From Ranitomeya imitator (lineage: Eukaryota), in the NCBI RefSeq assembly GCF_032444005.1, contig NC_091283.1, forward strand, positions 499,038,001 through 499,102,000: 64,000 nt of DNA, given 5' to 3'. This document shows positions 46,334 to 57,699 of this stretch, one piece after another. Numbering within the stretch: the first letter of the stretch is position 1; each line of letters begins with the position of its first letter. The notes beneath the pieces were generated by a model that was given only the letters and a program-made list of their open reading frames with translations, did not search any database and was not told the origin of the DNA. The position numbers and the translations under genes were made by a program.

Positions 46334-47562
46334 TGCAGCGCCCCAGAGTCCTTGTCGTTGCAGTAATGTCGTTCTTCCACCAGGGGGAGTGATGTTACGT
46401 CTGATGGCACCAAAGGAGTTCACCTTACCAGGTATCACAAAATACACAACACACTTCACACTCCAGTCCACCAAGGGGAGCTAAGGGTTCTATCTATTAG
46501 GCCACTCCTCACATTAGGGTAAAACTGGTGGGTTGGGGAGGAAGTTAGGGAGTTCCCGGCTGGAGACCGACGAGGAAAGGTCTCCAGGTCGAGCTGGCTG
46601 GAGTGATCTCCAGTCAGATCCAGACTGCGGTCTGAGGAGGACAGAAAGTACACGGAGCTGCGCCTGCAACCCATGCGACAGCATCCTAAGAAAGGAAACG
46701 AAAGGAATTGTGTTGTAGGGAGTGAGCCACGAAGTCACAGCAAAAAGAGAACAAAAACCAGAAGGAGTCCTGTCCTGAGAGAGGCTGCCTCCTTCTGGAG
46801 CGCGGGCCGGTGGCCGGAACACTGAGGGAGTAATAGACTCTACGCTTTACTTCAGAGACCGTAAGGGCAGTCAATTCCAAGTTGGCTGTCCGACCTAAAC
46901 ACCTAAGCAGACACGGTGGCAATTGTGGAGGAGGGGCATCACTAGGGTCCCTATAAAATAGCCTCAGGCCATCACCGTAATACGGGTTTGTCCTATCCAT
47001 CTGGGGGACAGAGAGAGAGAAAGATATAACATCCACAAAAGTTGTGAGGACCTTACCGAGTTGCTCAGCAGGTGGGTACTACAATGCACGAGCGCTAGAA
47101 AGAAGGCTACTGATTTCCACCTGGATAAGGGGACTCTGGAATTGCCAACAGACTGGCCGGACCCTGCCTACCCTGTCATCTGGCACTCTGGACTGTGGAT
47201 GCTGAAGCCTTCAGTAAAGGTAAAGAGACTGCACCCATTGTGTCCTCATTATTCGCCACGCCTTACATCCTCCACCATCACCATCTACACTTCTGGGAAG
47301 CCCTGGAGAAATACTTCACCTGTGGGAAGGTACACCATCTAGCTGCCATAACATCACCCCAGTGGACCCCTGAGCAGCGTTGGTCACTCTGACTGAATAC
47401 CACAGGTGGCGTCACGAACATCACCATTATCTACGAACTCTGCCTTTTTTTGGGCGCCCCTCATAGGGCCAAGGTCCGGGTCGGGCCACCGTGACATCCT
47501 CGCTGAGGGAACTGAAGGACCCGGTACCGAGTACCCCATTGCCCTTACGTGGGGGCGATCCA
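46334..47562 (+). mobile_element. Solo LTR (1229 bp), TGCAGCGCCCC...GGGGGCGATCCA
   Basis: 4-bp TSD CATC (46330-46333, 47563-47566). Homologous to 61876-63141. Excision restores the host gag frame. Confidence 0.9.
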
Positions 47563-48401
47563 CATCCAGCTGCTGGAGGGCCAGTTGGCGTCTCTTGAGC
47601 ATGTAACCTCGGTTGTGGATGTTACCGCAATAGCTGTTCAGGCTGCTAGCATGGCTGCAGCAGCTTTACCCACTGCCATCTATGTTCCGACTTTATCTCA
47701 CCTCCCATTGCCTGAAAAATACTCTGGGGACAGTAAGTCCTGTAGGAGTTTCATGAGCCAGTGTGGTATACACCTCGAGCTCCTGGCTGCACGTTTTCCC
47801 ACAGAGCGGGCAAAGGTGGGATTCATAATCTCTCTCCTGTCGGACAGAGCTTTGGAGTGGGCTACACCACTGTGGGAGCGCAATGATCATATGGTGCGGA
47901 GTGTTCCTCGGTTTCTGGACACTCTGAAACAGGTCTTTGTAGGACCTCAAGTCACCCATGATACAGCGCTCCAACTGCTGGCTTTGACTCAGGGTTCGAC
48001 CTTTTTTGCCATTTTGCTGTCCACTTCCGGACATTAGCGTCTGAGTTGGAATGGTCAGATAAAACCCTCATTCCTGTATTTTGGAGGGGGCTGGCTGACC
48101 ACGTGAAGGATGCTTTGGCCACTAGGGAGATTCCCGCCACCCTGAGGAGCTCATAGCTGTGTCAACTCGCATAGACCTTCGTTTTCACGAGCGAAGGTTG
48201 GAGCAAGCCCAGTGTAGGCAGAGGTTTCGGCTGGCTCCCGCCTTCGCCAGACCTTTGGAATCTCCAGTCCAGGCATCCGAGTCACATGAGGCCATAGAGG
48301 TGACACGAGCGGGGTCCAAGTCCCAGTCCGCTCGTGCACTTAAGGTCTGTCATGTTTGCCGGCAGTCAGGATATCTTGCCTCCAAGTGTCCTCAGCGGTC
48401 G

Positions 48402-48466
48402 GGGAAACGTCAGCGTCTAGTGGCAGTTGGAGGAGGTACACTAGACACGGCGACGTTTGCCTCTAA
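48402..48466 (+). promoter_or_regulatory. Predicted -1 ribosomal frameshift signal (GGGAAAC + pseudoknot)
   Basis: GGGAAAC 48402-48408; stem GTCTAGTG/CACTAGAC (48415-48422/48439-48446); loop TTGGAGG can pair with CCTCTAA (48460-48466). Confidence 0.7.
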
Positions 48467-51400
48467 GTTGTCCTTCAAGGGGACAATTACCATAGGCCCA
48501 TCCACTCTTATGGTAGAGCTATGCGTGGACTCTGGGGCGGAGGGCAATTTTATGTCATCCGCTTTCGCCCAGCGTCACGCAATACCCCTGGTGATGCTCG
48601 CCAAACCAGTAACCGTTTGAGTGGTAAATGGGTCGACACTGCTCTCACAGATTACCCACCAAACCATTCCTTTCACTCTTTCTGTGTCTCCATCACATCA
48701 GGAGATTATCTCTCTATTTGTCATTCCTGAGGGAATTGATGAGGTCCTGTTGGGGATACCATGGCTACGCTATCATTCTCCTCATATAGAGTGGTCCTCA
48801 GGGAGAATTTTTGGATGGAGTAAATCCTGTGAGGGTAAATGTCAAAGGGAGTGCGTTCAGGTTGCTACAACAGAGGTACCCGCAGATCTTTCCTCTCTCC
48901 CCAAGCACTATTGGCCCTATGCGGATGTGTTCTCCAAAAGGGCTGCGGAGACCCTTCCGCCTCACTGCCCCTATGACTGTCCTATTGACCTCTTGCCTGG
49001 TGCTGAGCCTCCCCGGGGTCGAGTCTATCCGTTATCTCTCCTGGAGACGGAGGCAATGTCTCAGTACATCCAAGAGAATCTGGCAAGAGGATTCATTAGG
49101 AAGTCAGTGTCACCTGCAAGGGCGGGGTTCTTCTTCGTGCAGAAGAAGAGTGGAGACTTATGTCCATGCATAGACTACAGGGGTCTTATCGCCATCACCG
49201 TTAAGAACAAGTACCCACTACCCCTGATATCTGAGCTTTTTGATAGGCTACGGGGAGCAAGGGTATTTACTAAATTAGATCTGCGGGTGTGCTTACAACC
49301 TGATTCGCATCCGTGAGGGGGACGAATGGAAGACGGCTTTTAATACCAGGGATGGGCACAATGAATATCTGGTGATGCCCTTCGGGCTCTGTAATTCCCC
49401 AGCCGTTTTCCAAGAATTTGTGAACGACATCTTCCGGGATATGCTCACCACCTCGGTCATAGTCTATCTGGATGATATTCTCATCTACTCTCCAGATATT
49501 GACTCCCATCGGAGAGATGTTCGCAAAGTCTTCGACCTCTTACGGGCAAACTCCCTCTACGCCAAGTTGGAGAAGTGTGTGTTTGAGAAGGAGTCCTTGC
49601 CTTTCCTTGGTTATATCATCTCTGCCCAGAGTTTGGCTATTGATCCTGCGAAGCTGCAGGTTGTGATGGACTGGCAGGAACCCCTTTCACTTAAAGCGGT
49701 GCAGCGCTTTATGGGGTTCATTAATTACTATCGCCAGTTCATCCCACACTTCTCAACTTTGGTAGCTCCCTTGGTTGCCCTCACCAAGAAGGGAGCAAAT
49801 CCCAAGTTGTGGTCAGAGGATGTCTCCAAGGCTTTCCTCTCGGTTAAGTCACACTTTTCTAGCACTCCCATTCTACATCGCCCCGATGTAGATAATCCAT
49901 TTATCATGGAGGTGGATGCTTCATCCGTTGGTGCAGGAAAAGTCCTTTTCCAAAAGGATGCTCAAGGTTGGAAGCATCCTTGCTTCTTCATCTCCAAGAC
50001 CTTCACACCGGCGGAGAGGAATTATTCCATCGGGGACAGGGAGTTGCTAGCCATGAAGTTGGCTTTCTCAGAGTGGATACACCTCTTGGAGGGAGCTCGC
50101 TTTCCCTTCCAGGTTTTCACTGACCACAAGAACTTGGTACGTATATCTACAGACGGCCCAGCGGCTGAATTCTCGCCAGGCTAGATAGTCCCTGTTCTTC
50201 TCCCAGTTTCATTTTACTCTTCATTTTCTCTCCGGGGAGAAGAACATTCGCGCCGACGCTCTCTCCCGCTCCGTAGTGTCATCTGAGAAGGAGGAGGAGC
50301 CTCGGCTTATTGTCCCTTCTGAGAGCTTGAGAACTGTAGCTCTGGTTTCGCTAGAGTCTGTGCCCACGGAGGTTCTCTCTTGGGCTCACTCGTCCAAAGT
50401 GGGTGGGCATTTTGGGACCAAAAAGACATTTGAGCTTTTGGCGAGAACGTACTGGTGGCTGCATATGGCCCGTGACGTCAGGGACTATATTCAGGCATGC
50501 GTTTCCTGCGCCCAGAATCGGTCTCCTCGGCAACAGCCTGCTGGGTTGCTTTACCCCCTACCGGTGGCAGACAGGCCCTGGGAAATGGTCGGGATGGACT
50601 TCGTGGTGGGCTTACCCAAGTCTCGTAGCTGCACCGTTATCTGGGTTGTCACCGATCATTTCTCTTAGATGGTGCACTTGGTGCCGCTTCCACGGTTACC
50701 TTCTGCACGGGCCTTGGCGGCGTTATTCATAAAGCATATTTTCTGTTTACATGGAATGCCTAATAAAATTGTCAGTGACCGGGGTCCCCAGTTCGCGTCT
50801 CGGTTTTGGAGAGAGCTCTGCCGTTTACTCAGCATAGAGTTGAATCTCTCCTCTGCATACCATCCCGAGACGAATGGGTTGGTAGAGAGGACCAACCAGA
50901 CACTGGTGACATACTTGTGGCATTTTGTCTCTGCTAGGCAGGATGACTGGGCATCTTTGCTACCTTGGGCGGAATTTGCCTTGAACAAAGCCGTAGCCGA
51001 TTCCACTGGGCAGACTCCTTTTCTCCTTAATTACGGCCAGCATCCGCGTGTCCCTGTGCCCATGCCCGTGTCATCCACCGATTCTAGGGTGGCAGACTGG
51101 GCGGTGGAGGCACGTGACATTTGGGACCGCACACAGGATGCCATCCGGGCCTCCAAGGAGAGAATGAGGGTTTCTTCTGATACACACCGGCGCCCCGCTC
51201 TGACCTTTGCTCCTGGCGACTTAGTGTGGCTCTCCGCCCGTAACATCAGGCTGCGAGTTGAGTCCACTAAGTTTGCGCCTCGCTACATTGGCCCGTTCAT
51301 GGTTGTGGAAAAGGTCAACCCTGTGGTCTACCGTTTGGCTATTCCTCCACGCCTTGGTATCACCGACACTTTTCACGTTTCTCTCTTAAAAACTGTTCAT

Positions 51401-52491
51401 TTGTCCCGGTTTTCTGAGTCATCTGCCGGGACATCGGGTTCATCCACGGATGAGTTTGAGGTGAATGCTATCGTGGGGTGCAAGGTGGTACGTGGCAAGA
51501 AATTTTATCTGGTGGACTGGAAGGGTCATGGTCCAGAAGATACAACCTGGGAACCTGTGGAGCACATTCGGGCTCCGCTGCTCATTGCAGCTTTTGTGCA
51601 TAGCGAAGCTCAAGGATGGGTGGGGCCCTAGGAGGGAGGGTAATGTTAGGAGTCGAGTTCCCACCGCTGCACAGGGGGAATCTCGAACCATGTCTGCTGC
51701 GGTCTCCCATTCTGCATCGGCCGCAGTGGAGCCTGCTCAGCGGAGACTTCGGTCCCAGCGTCTCACTGAATCTGATACTGTGCAAAGAGTTACTGCTGCC
51801 TCTGCAGGCTCTACTATTGTAGCCTGCACTGGTCTGCGGCGAGCAGGCTTTTCTGGGTCTAAGTCCTGCTTTGCACACACTGAGCATGCCCAGGGTAAGT
51901 TCTCTCAGTGGAGATCAAGGGTCACATGCTCAGGTACTGCAGCAACTTTCATTGGTCCTCCAGGCAGGTCCTGTACCTGATCAAGTTCTGTGGCAGCCTT
52001 CCATTGGTCCTTCTAGGAAGGTCCTGTAGGTGCTACAGCTATAAAAGGTTCTCATGACCGCACGGCCATGCGCTAGTATCAAATATGTACGAGCTCAGCA
52101 CCAGTGTGGTCGTGTGTGTGGTCAGGGACCCGGCTGAAATAAGCCCCTAGAATGCTGGCACCTCCGACGAGGAGTTTTGTGTATGCAATCAGGGACCCGG
52201 CTGAAATAAGCCCATAGAATGCTGGCACCTCTGGCGAGGAGTTTATGTCTGAATTCAGGGCTGGCTAATAGCCATTAGAATTCCGGCTCCACCGGAGAGG
52301 AGCTGCGTATTGGTTGGACTGCATGACCACTGTCGGCTCTACACAGTAGCTGTGTCCCCTGTGAGCTAAACAGGGCACAACGTTCTCTTTACTATGGGCT
52401 CTGTGAAATAACAGAGTTCGTTTGTACTAATTTGCTTCGCCGCCTTGCTTAGCAGCAGGTTCTTTCCTGCACGGTGGATCCCGGTGTAACA

Positions 52492-54272
52492 GGCCAGTTT
52501 AACCCCCCCGCCCAGAATATACCCGGGGTTAAAGTGGCTTAGGTCAGATTTTACCCCGGGTATATTCTGGCCTAGCCCAAACTATACCCCGGGGTAAAAA
52601 TTGGACTAGTCCAGTTTCTACCCCTACAGGTCAGAATATACCCCAGCTGCTGTAGATCAGGCAGCACACAGGGCCCCAGGCAGCACACAGGGGCCCCAGG
52701 CAGCGCACAGGGCCCCAGGAAGCACACGGGGCCCCAGGCAACACACCAGGTCCCAGGCAACACACAGTGGCCCCAGGCAGCATACGGGACCCCAGGCAGC
52801 ACACGGGGCCCAAGGCAGAGCACGGGGCTCAAGGCAGCGCATGGGGCCCCAGGCAGAGCACAGGGGCCGCAGGCAGCGCACAGGGCCCAAGCAAGCACAC
52901 AGGGGTCCCAGGCAGCACATGGGGCTCCAGGCAGCGCACAGGGGCCCCAGGCAGCACACGGGGCCCCAGGCAGAACACGGGGGCCCAGACAGCGCACAGG
53001 GGCCCCAGGCAGCGCACAGGGCCCCAGGCAGTACACGGGCCCAAGGCAGCGCACATGGCCCCAGGCAGCGCAGGGGGCCCCAGGCAGCACATGGGGCCCC
53101 AGACATCACACATCGCACAGGGGCCCTAGACATCTTAAGCTAGTTTCACATTTGCGCACGGCTGTGTACGCTCTCAGTGAAGCCCTGCCCATTGTCGCTC
53201 TCGCTAATTAAGCTCCGCCCAGGTGCACATGCGGCCGCATGCGGCCTGCGTACCCTATCTTTATCATTGGGTGCGCAGGCCCTGCGGATGTTTGCGTTTG
53301 CATCCGCATGCGTTGTTTTGACGATTCGGTGAACGCAAGAAAATCCAACTTGCCTTCGCCGTGGGTTGCTGCACCATCAAAAGAACGTCGGCGGAGCTTA
53401 ACCGGCGGGGCGCAGCAGTGGTCAAGGCTTCACTGAGAGCGTACGCATGCGCACGGCTGTACGCAAATGTGAAACTATAATTGAGTGATATACTCAAGAG
53501 CAGGGCCCCAGACATCGCACAGGGGGTCTCGGACAGCGTACAGTGGGTCCCAGACAGCGCACAGGGGACATGCACTCTGTCGATTTCCCCCCCTTGCACG
53601 CTATCTCTTACCCCCTTGCTCACTGCCTCTGTGCGTTATCTGGGAGCCCCTGTGGGCTGCCTGGGGTCCTGTGGGCTGCCTGGGGCTCCTGTGGGTTGCC
53701 TGGAGCCCTGTGCGCTGCCTGAGGCCCCTGTGTGCTGCCTGGGGCCCCTGTGGGCTGCCAGGGGTCCTCTGCGCTGCCTGGCGCCCTGTGTTCTGCCAGG
53801 GGCCCCGTGTGCTGCCTGAGGCCCCTGTGCGCTGCCTAGAGCCCAGTGGGCTGCCTGGGCCCCTGTGTGCTGCCTGGGGCCCCTGTGTGCTGCCTGAGGT
53901 CCTGTGCACTGCCTGGGGCACCGTGCGCTGTTTGGGGCTCCATCCGCTGCCTGGGGCCCCTGTGTGCTGCCTGGGCCCCTGTGTGCTGCCTGGGGCCCTG
54001 TGTGCTGCCTGGGGCCCCTGTGCGCTGCCTGGGGCCCTTTGCGGTGCCTGGGGCCCCAGTGTGCTGCCTGGGGCCCCTGTGGGCTGCCTGGGGCCCCTGT
54101 GTGCTGCCTGGGACCCTGTGCGCTGCCTGGGGCCTCTGTGTGCTGCCTGGGCCCCTGTGCGCTGCCTGATCTACAGCAACTGGGGTATATTATGACCTGG
54201 ATGGGTATAATCTGGACTAGTCCAATTTATACCCTGGGATATAGTTTGGGCTAGGCCAGAATATACCCGGGT
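52492..54272. mobile_element. Foldback-like element: long inverted repeats built from a ~19-20-bp GC-rich minisatellite
   Basis: 52553-52650 matches the reverse complement of 54166-54272. GGGGCCCCAGGCAGCGCACAG arrays face each other (52641-53566 versus 53626-54166). Confidence 0.8.
53138..53480. mobile_element. Harbinger-type MITE inside the foldback arm
   Basis: TIR TAGTTTCACATTTGCG (53141) / CGCAAATGTGAAACTA (53477), with internal inverted CTCTCAGTGAAGCC. Confidence 0.75.
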
Positions 54273-54289
54273 ATACCCGCAGCTGTCCT

Positions 54290-54669
54290 CCCCAAATGTC
54301 ACTCTCCTGTGCTTCCCTCTCCTGCACGCTCACTAAACAATATTCTTCCTTTCATATTCTCTCTCTTTCTCCAGGAGCTGTAGAAACTCTGGCTACACGG
54401 CCGCTTCAGTACTTCCAACACTCAAGGTCTGACTGCTCTCTTTTCTGTCCTCTGACAGACTGCCCGACTTCCTTTCCCTCCAGACCAGAATAAAGGGAAG
54501 TTCCCCTTAATCTGGGTTCAGAGCTCCCCCTTCTAGCCTGGAGTGTGAACATGCTGTGTGTATGGTGGTTACCTGATAAAAGGAATCTTTCATCGCCTCC
54601 AAGCGTGATATCACTCTCCCCATGAGGAAAGCAATGTCACTGTGATAACCAGAACCCTGGGGCGTCACA
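54290..54669 (-). mobile_element. Partial LTR (5' part) of the long-LTR family
   Basis: Reverse complement begins TGTGACGCCCCAGGG. Contains AGAGCTCCCCCTTCT as at 5636-5650. Confidence 0.6.
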
Positions 54670-54913
54670 CTCACATCTTGGCACATGGAGCCTTCTTGGT
54701 CGCCAAAACTGAACGGCCGTGCTGCTCTAAGGAAGTATGTCCGCCTCTTCTGCGACACGCTGGTGACTGCACATATGCAATGATGTCATCACGCATGCAT
54801 TGGCATGTACGCGCGACACTCACCAGGTTATAAGTCCAGAAGTGGAGCTGCAGGGGATCATATGAGAGGTAAGTATGGAAAACTTTTTTTTAATAAAATG
54901 AATTAAATGGCCT

Positions 54914-55290
54914 TGGGGGGAGCAAATGATGATGAATTGAGGGTGGAGGACGGGGGACAGTGAATGATGATATATTGAAGTGGGGGAGCACAAGTAATGA
55001 TGAATTGAAGGGGGGTTGGTGGACAGCAAATGATGAATTGAGGATGGGAGACGGGGGACAGCAAATGATGAATTGAAGGTGGGTGTGAAGAGAGCAAATG
55101 ATGACTTGAGGGTGGGGATAGCCAATAATGATGAATTAAGGGTGGGGTACAGCAAATTATCATGAATTGAGGGTGGGGGAGAGCAAATGATGATGTGAGG
55201 ATGTGGGGAGAAAGCAAATGATAATGAATTGAGGGTGGGGGATGGAGGATAGAAAATGTGGGGGACAACAAATCATGATGAATTGGGGTG
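54914..55290. repeat. Degenerate ~35-bp minisatellite
   Basis: GAGCAAATGATGATGAATTGAGGGTGGGG-type unit repeated about ten times. Confidence 0.75.
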
Positions 55291-55969
55291 GTAATATGCG
55301 GTCTGCTCACAGTGTGGCGGTATGTGTACCTTGTATGTGGTATTATTGGTCATTTTAAAAATGTATGTGACACATTCCCTTAAAGAAAAATAAATAAAAA
55401 TATACCTAAAGAGAGTGTTGGATATTTTAAGAATTGTTTCATAGGTTAGAGTTGAGGATACATTGTTGTCATGGTTGCTTAAAAAATCTTTTGGACAAAA
55501 CAAAATTTGATAGCTATATATGTGATATGGTGTTCGATTGGAACGGTTAATGTGTGATTGGTGAGGACGTGGTGCAGAAGTGGAGTTTTTCCAAAAGTGG
55601 GACTGTGAAAGGTTCGAGGGGTGGAAGTGGAGCTGTGGTGGCCTGAATATTTTGTCAGTATGGACCCCTGAAATTCCTGGTGGCAGCCCTGTAACTATAC
55701 TGTGACAATCCATACACTGGGCGGCAGACTTGTGCCACTAATAACTACAGACCACATGGCTACTATTTGGCCCATAAGTGTGGATGGAGATACAGCTAAA
55801 TTCCACCATTAATTCTGTGGTTTAAGTGTCAGAACAACAAGCACAATTATTGTCAATAGATCATACCAGCTACATGGAGCCTCAGGCAACACACTGCACA
55901 GAATGGAGCAGAGCAGCGCATTGGAAAATGTGGCTAACTGTTTTTCTATGTCATTTCTATGTCTAGGTC

Positions 55970-57676
55970 ATCCCAAACCTCACCACAGTCTACATCCCAA
56001 CCCTAACCCATCTCTTCAACCTATCACTAACAACTGGTGTTTTCCCCTCAAGCTTTAAACATGCCTCCATCACACCTATCCTCAAAAAGCCCTCTCTTGA
56101 CCCATCCTCTGTATCTAGCTATCGCTCTATATCACTTCTCCCTTATGCCTCCAAACTACTGGAACAACACGTTTACCTTGAACTGTCCTCCCATCTCTCT
56201 TCTTGCTCCCTCTTTGACCACTTACAATCTGGCTTCCGGTCACACCATTCCACTGAAACTGCCCTAACTAAGGTCACCAATGACCTCTTAACCGCCAAGC
56301 AGAGCGGTGACGTCACCGCTGTGCTTTCTGGCTGGCCGGCGCTGACACAGGATGCAGGAGGAGTGCAGAGAAGCACAGCGCCGGGGACAGACAGCTGAAG
56401 GTAAGTATGTAATGTTTTTTTTTTTTACATTTACGCTGGTAACCAGGGTAAACATCGGGTTACTAAGCGCGGCCCTGCGCTTAGTAACCCGATGTTTACC
56501 CTGGTTACCAGTGAAGACATCGCTGAATCGGCGTCACACACGCCGATTCAGCGATGTCAGCGGGAGATCCAGCGCCGAAATAAAGTTTCAGACGATCTGC
56601 TACGACGTACGATTCTCAGCGGGGTCCCTGATCGCAGTAGCGTGTCAGACACAGCTAGATCATAACGATATCGCTGGAACGTCACAGATCGTGCCGTCCT
56701 AGCGATCAAAGTGCCACTGTGTGACGGTACCCTTAACATGGACAAAACAGAATTCATCATCTTTCCCTCATCTCACCCTCAACGAACCTATCCATTACAG
56801 TAAATGGCTGCCCACTCTCCCCAGTCCCACAAGCTCTCTGTCTCGGGGTAATCCTTGACGCTGATCTCTCCTTCAAACCACATATCCAAGCCCTTTCCAC
56901 TTCCTGCCGACTTCAACTAAAAAATATTTCACAAATCCATTCATTCCTCAACCAAGAATCTGCAAAAACCCTAGTCCATGCCCTCATCATCTCTCGCCTT
57001 GACTACTGCAACCTCCTGCTTTGTGGCCTCCCCTCTAACACTCTCGCACCCCTCCAATCTATTCTAAACTCTGCTGCCCGACTAATCCACCTGATCCCCC
57101 GCTATTCCCCAGTCTGTCCCCTCTGTCAATCCCTTCACTGGCTCCCCATTGCCCAGAGACTCCACTACAAAACCCTAACCATGACGTACAAAGCCATCCA
57201 CAACCTGTCTCCTCCATACATCTGTGACCTCTTCTCCCGTTACTTACCTACACGCAACCTCCGATCCTCACAAGATCTCCTTCTCTACTCCCCTCTTATC
57301 TCCTCTTCCCACAATCGTATACAAGATTTCTCTCGCGTATCACCTCTACTCTGGAACCCTCTACCACAACACATCAGACTCTCGCCTACCATCGAAACCT
57401 TCAAAAAGAACCTGAAGACCCACCTCTTCCGACAAGCCTACAACCTGCAGTAACCACCGATCGACCCAACCGCTGCATGACCAGCTCTACCCTAGCCTAC
57501 TGTATTCTCACCCATCCCTTGTAGATTGTGAGCCTTCCTGGGCAGAGTCCTCACTCCTCCTGTACCAGTTATGACTTGTGTTGTTTAAGATTATTGTACT
57601 TGTTTTTATTATGTATACCCCTCCTCACATGTAAAGCGCCATGGAATAAATGGCGCTATAACAATAAATAATAATA
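55970..57676 (+). mobile_element. 5'-truncated L2 LINE (RT C-terminal part and 3' UTR), internally deleted at a MITE
   Basis: [41 protein letters not shown]; LNMDKTEF; ..FKKNLKTHLFRQAY* (57453). Tail ends in (AAT)n. Confidence 0.92.
56298..56732. mobile_element. GGTACCGTCACAC-family MITE, right half only
   Basis: Ends GTGTGACGGTACCC|TTAA. Perfect 35-bp-arm hairpin at 56436-56511. Confidence 0.85.
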
Positions 57677-57699
57677 CTTTTAGTTAGTACTTGTGATGG

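Larger units (their letters stand above)
46301..51631 (+). pseudogene. gag-pol pseudogene (Gag start MSDEQRLQVYI|QLLEG split by the solo LTR)
   Basis: ATG at 46301; the frame resumes at 47567. ORF pieces 47549-48037, 48159-48620, 48621-49316, 49372-50184, 50276-50668, 50669-51631. Confidence 0.9.
45400..52484 (+). mobile_element. Decayed Ty3/Gypsy chromovirus (sushi/PEG10-like), interrupted by a solo LTR, 3' LTR truncated
   Basis: 5' LTR 45400-46271 (TGTTAGG...CCCTAACA), 3' LTR 51644-52484 and PPT 51630-51640. Gag, protease (VDSGA), RT (YLDD), RNase H, integrase and chromodomain are present but with several stops and frameshifts. Confidence 0.95.

Noticed and set aside
52572-54254. Many overlapping Gly/Pro/Cys/Ala-rich ORFs (up to 236 aa)
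   Set aside because: They are translations of the 19-20-bp minisatellite, open in several frames on both strands, with no splice or promoter context.
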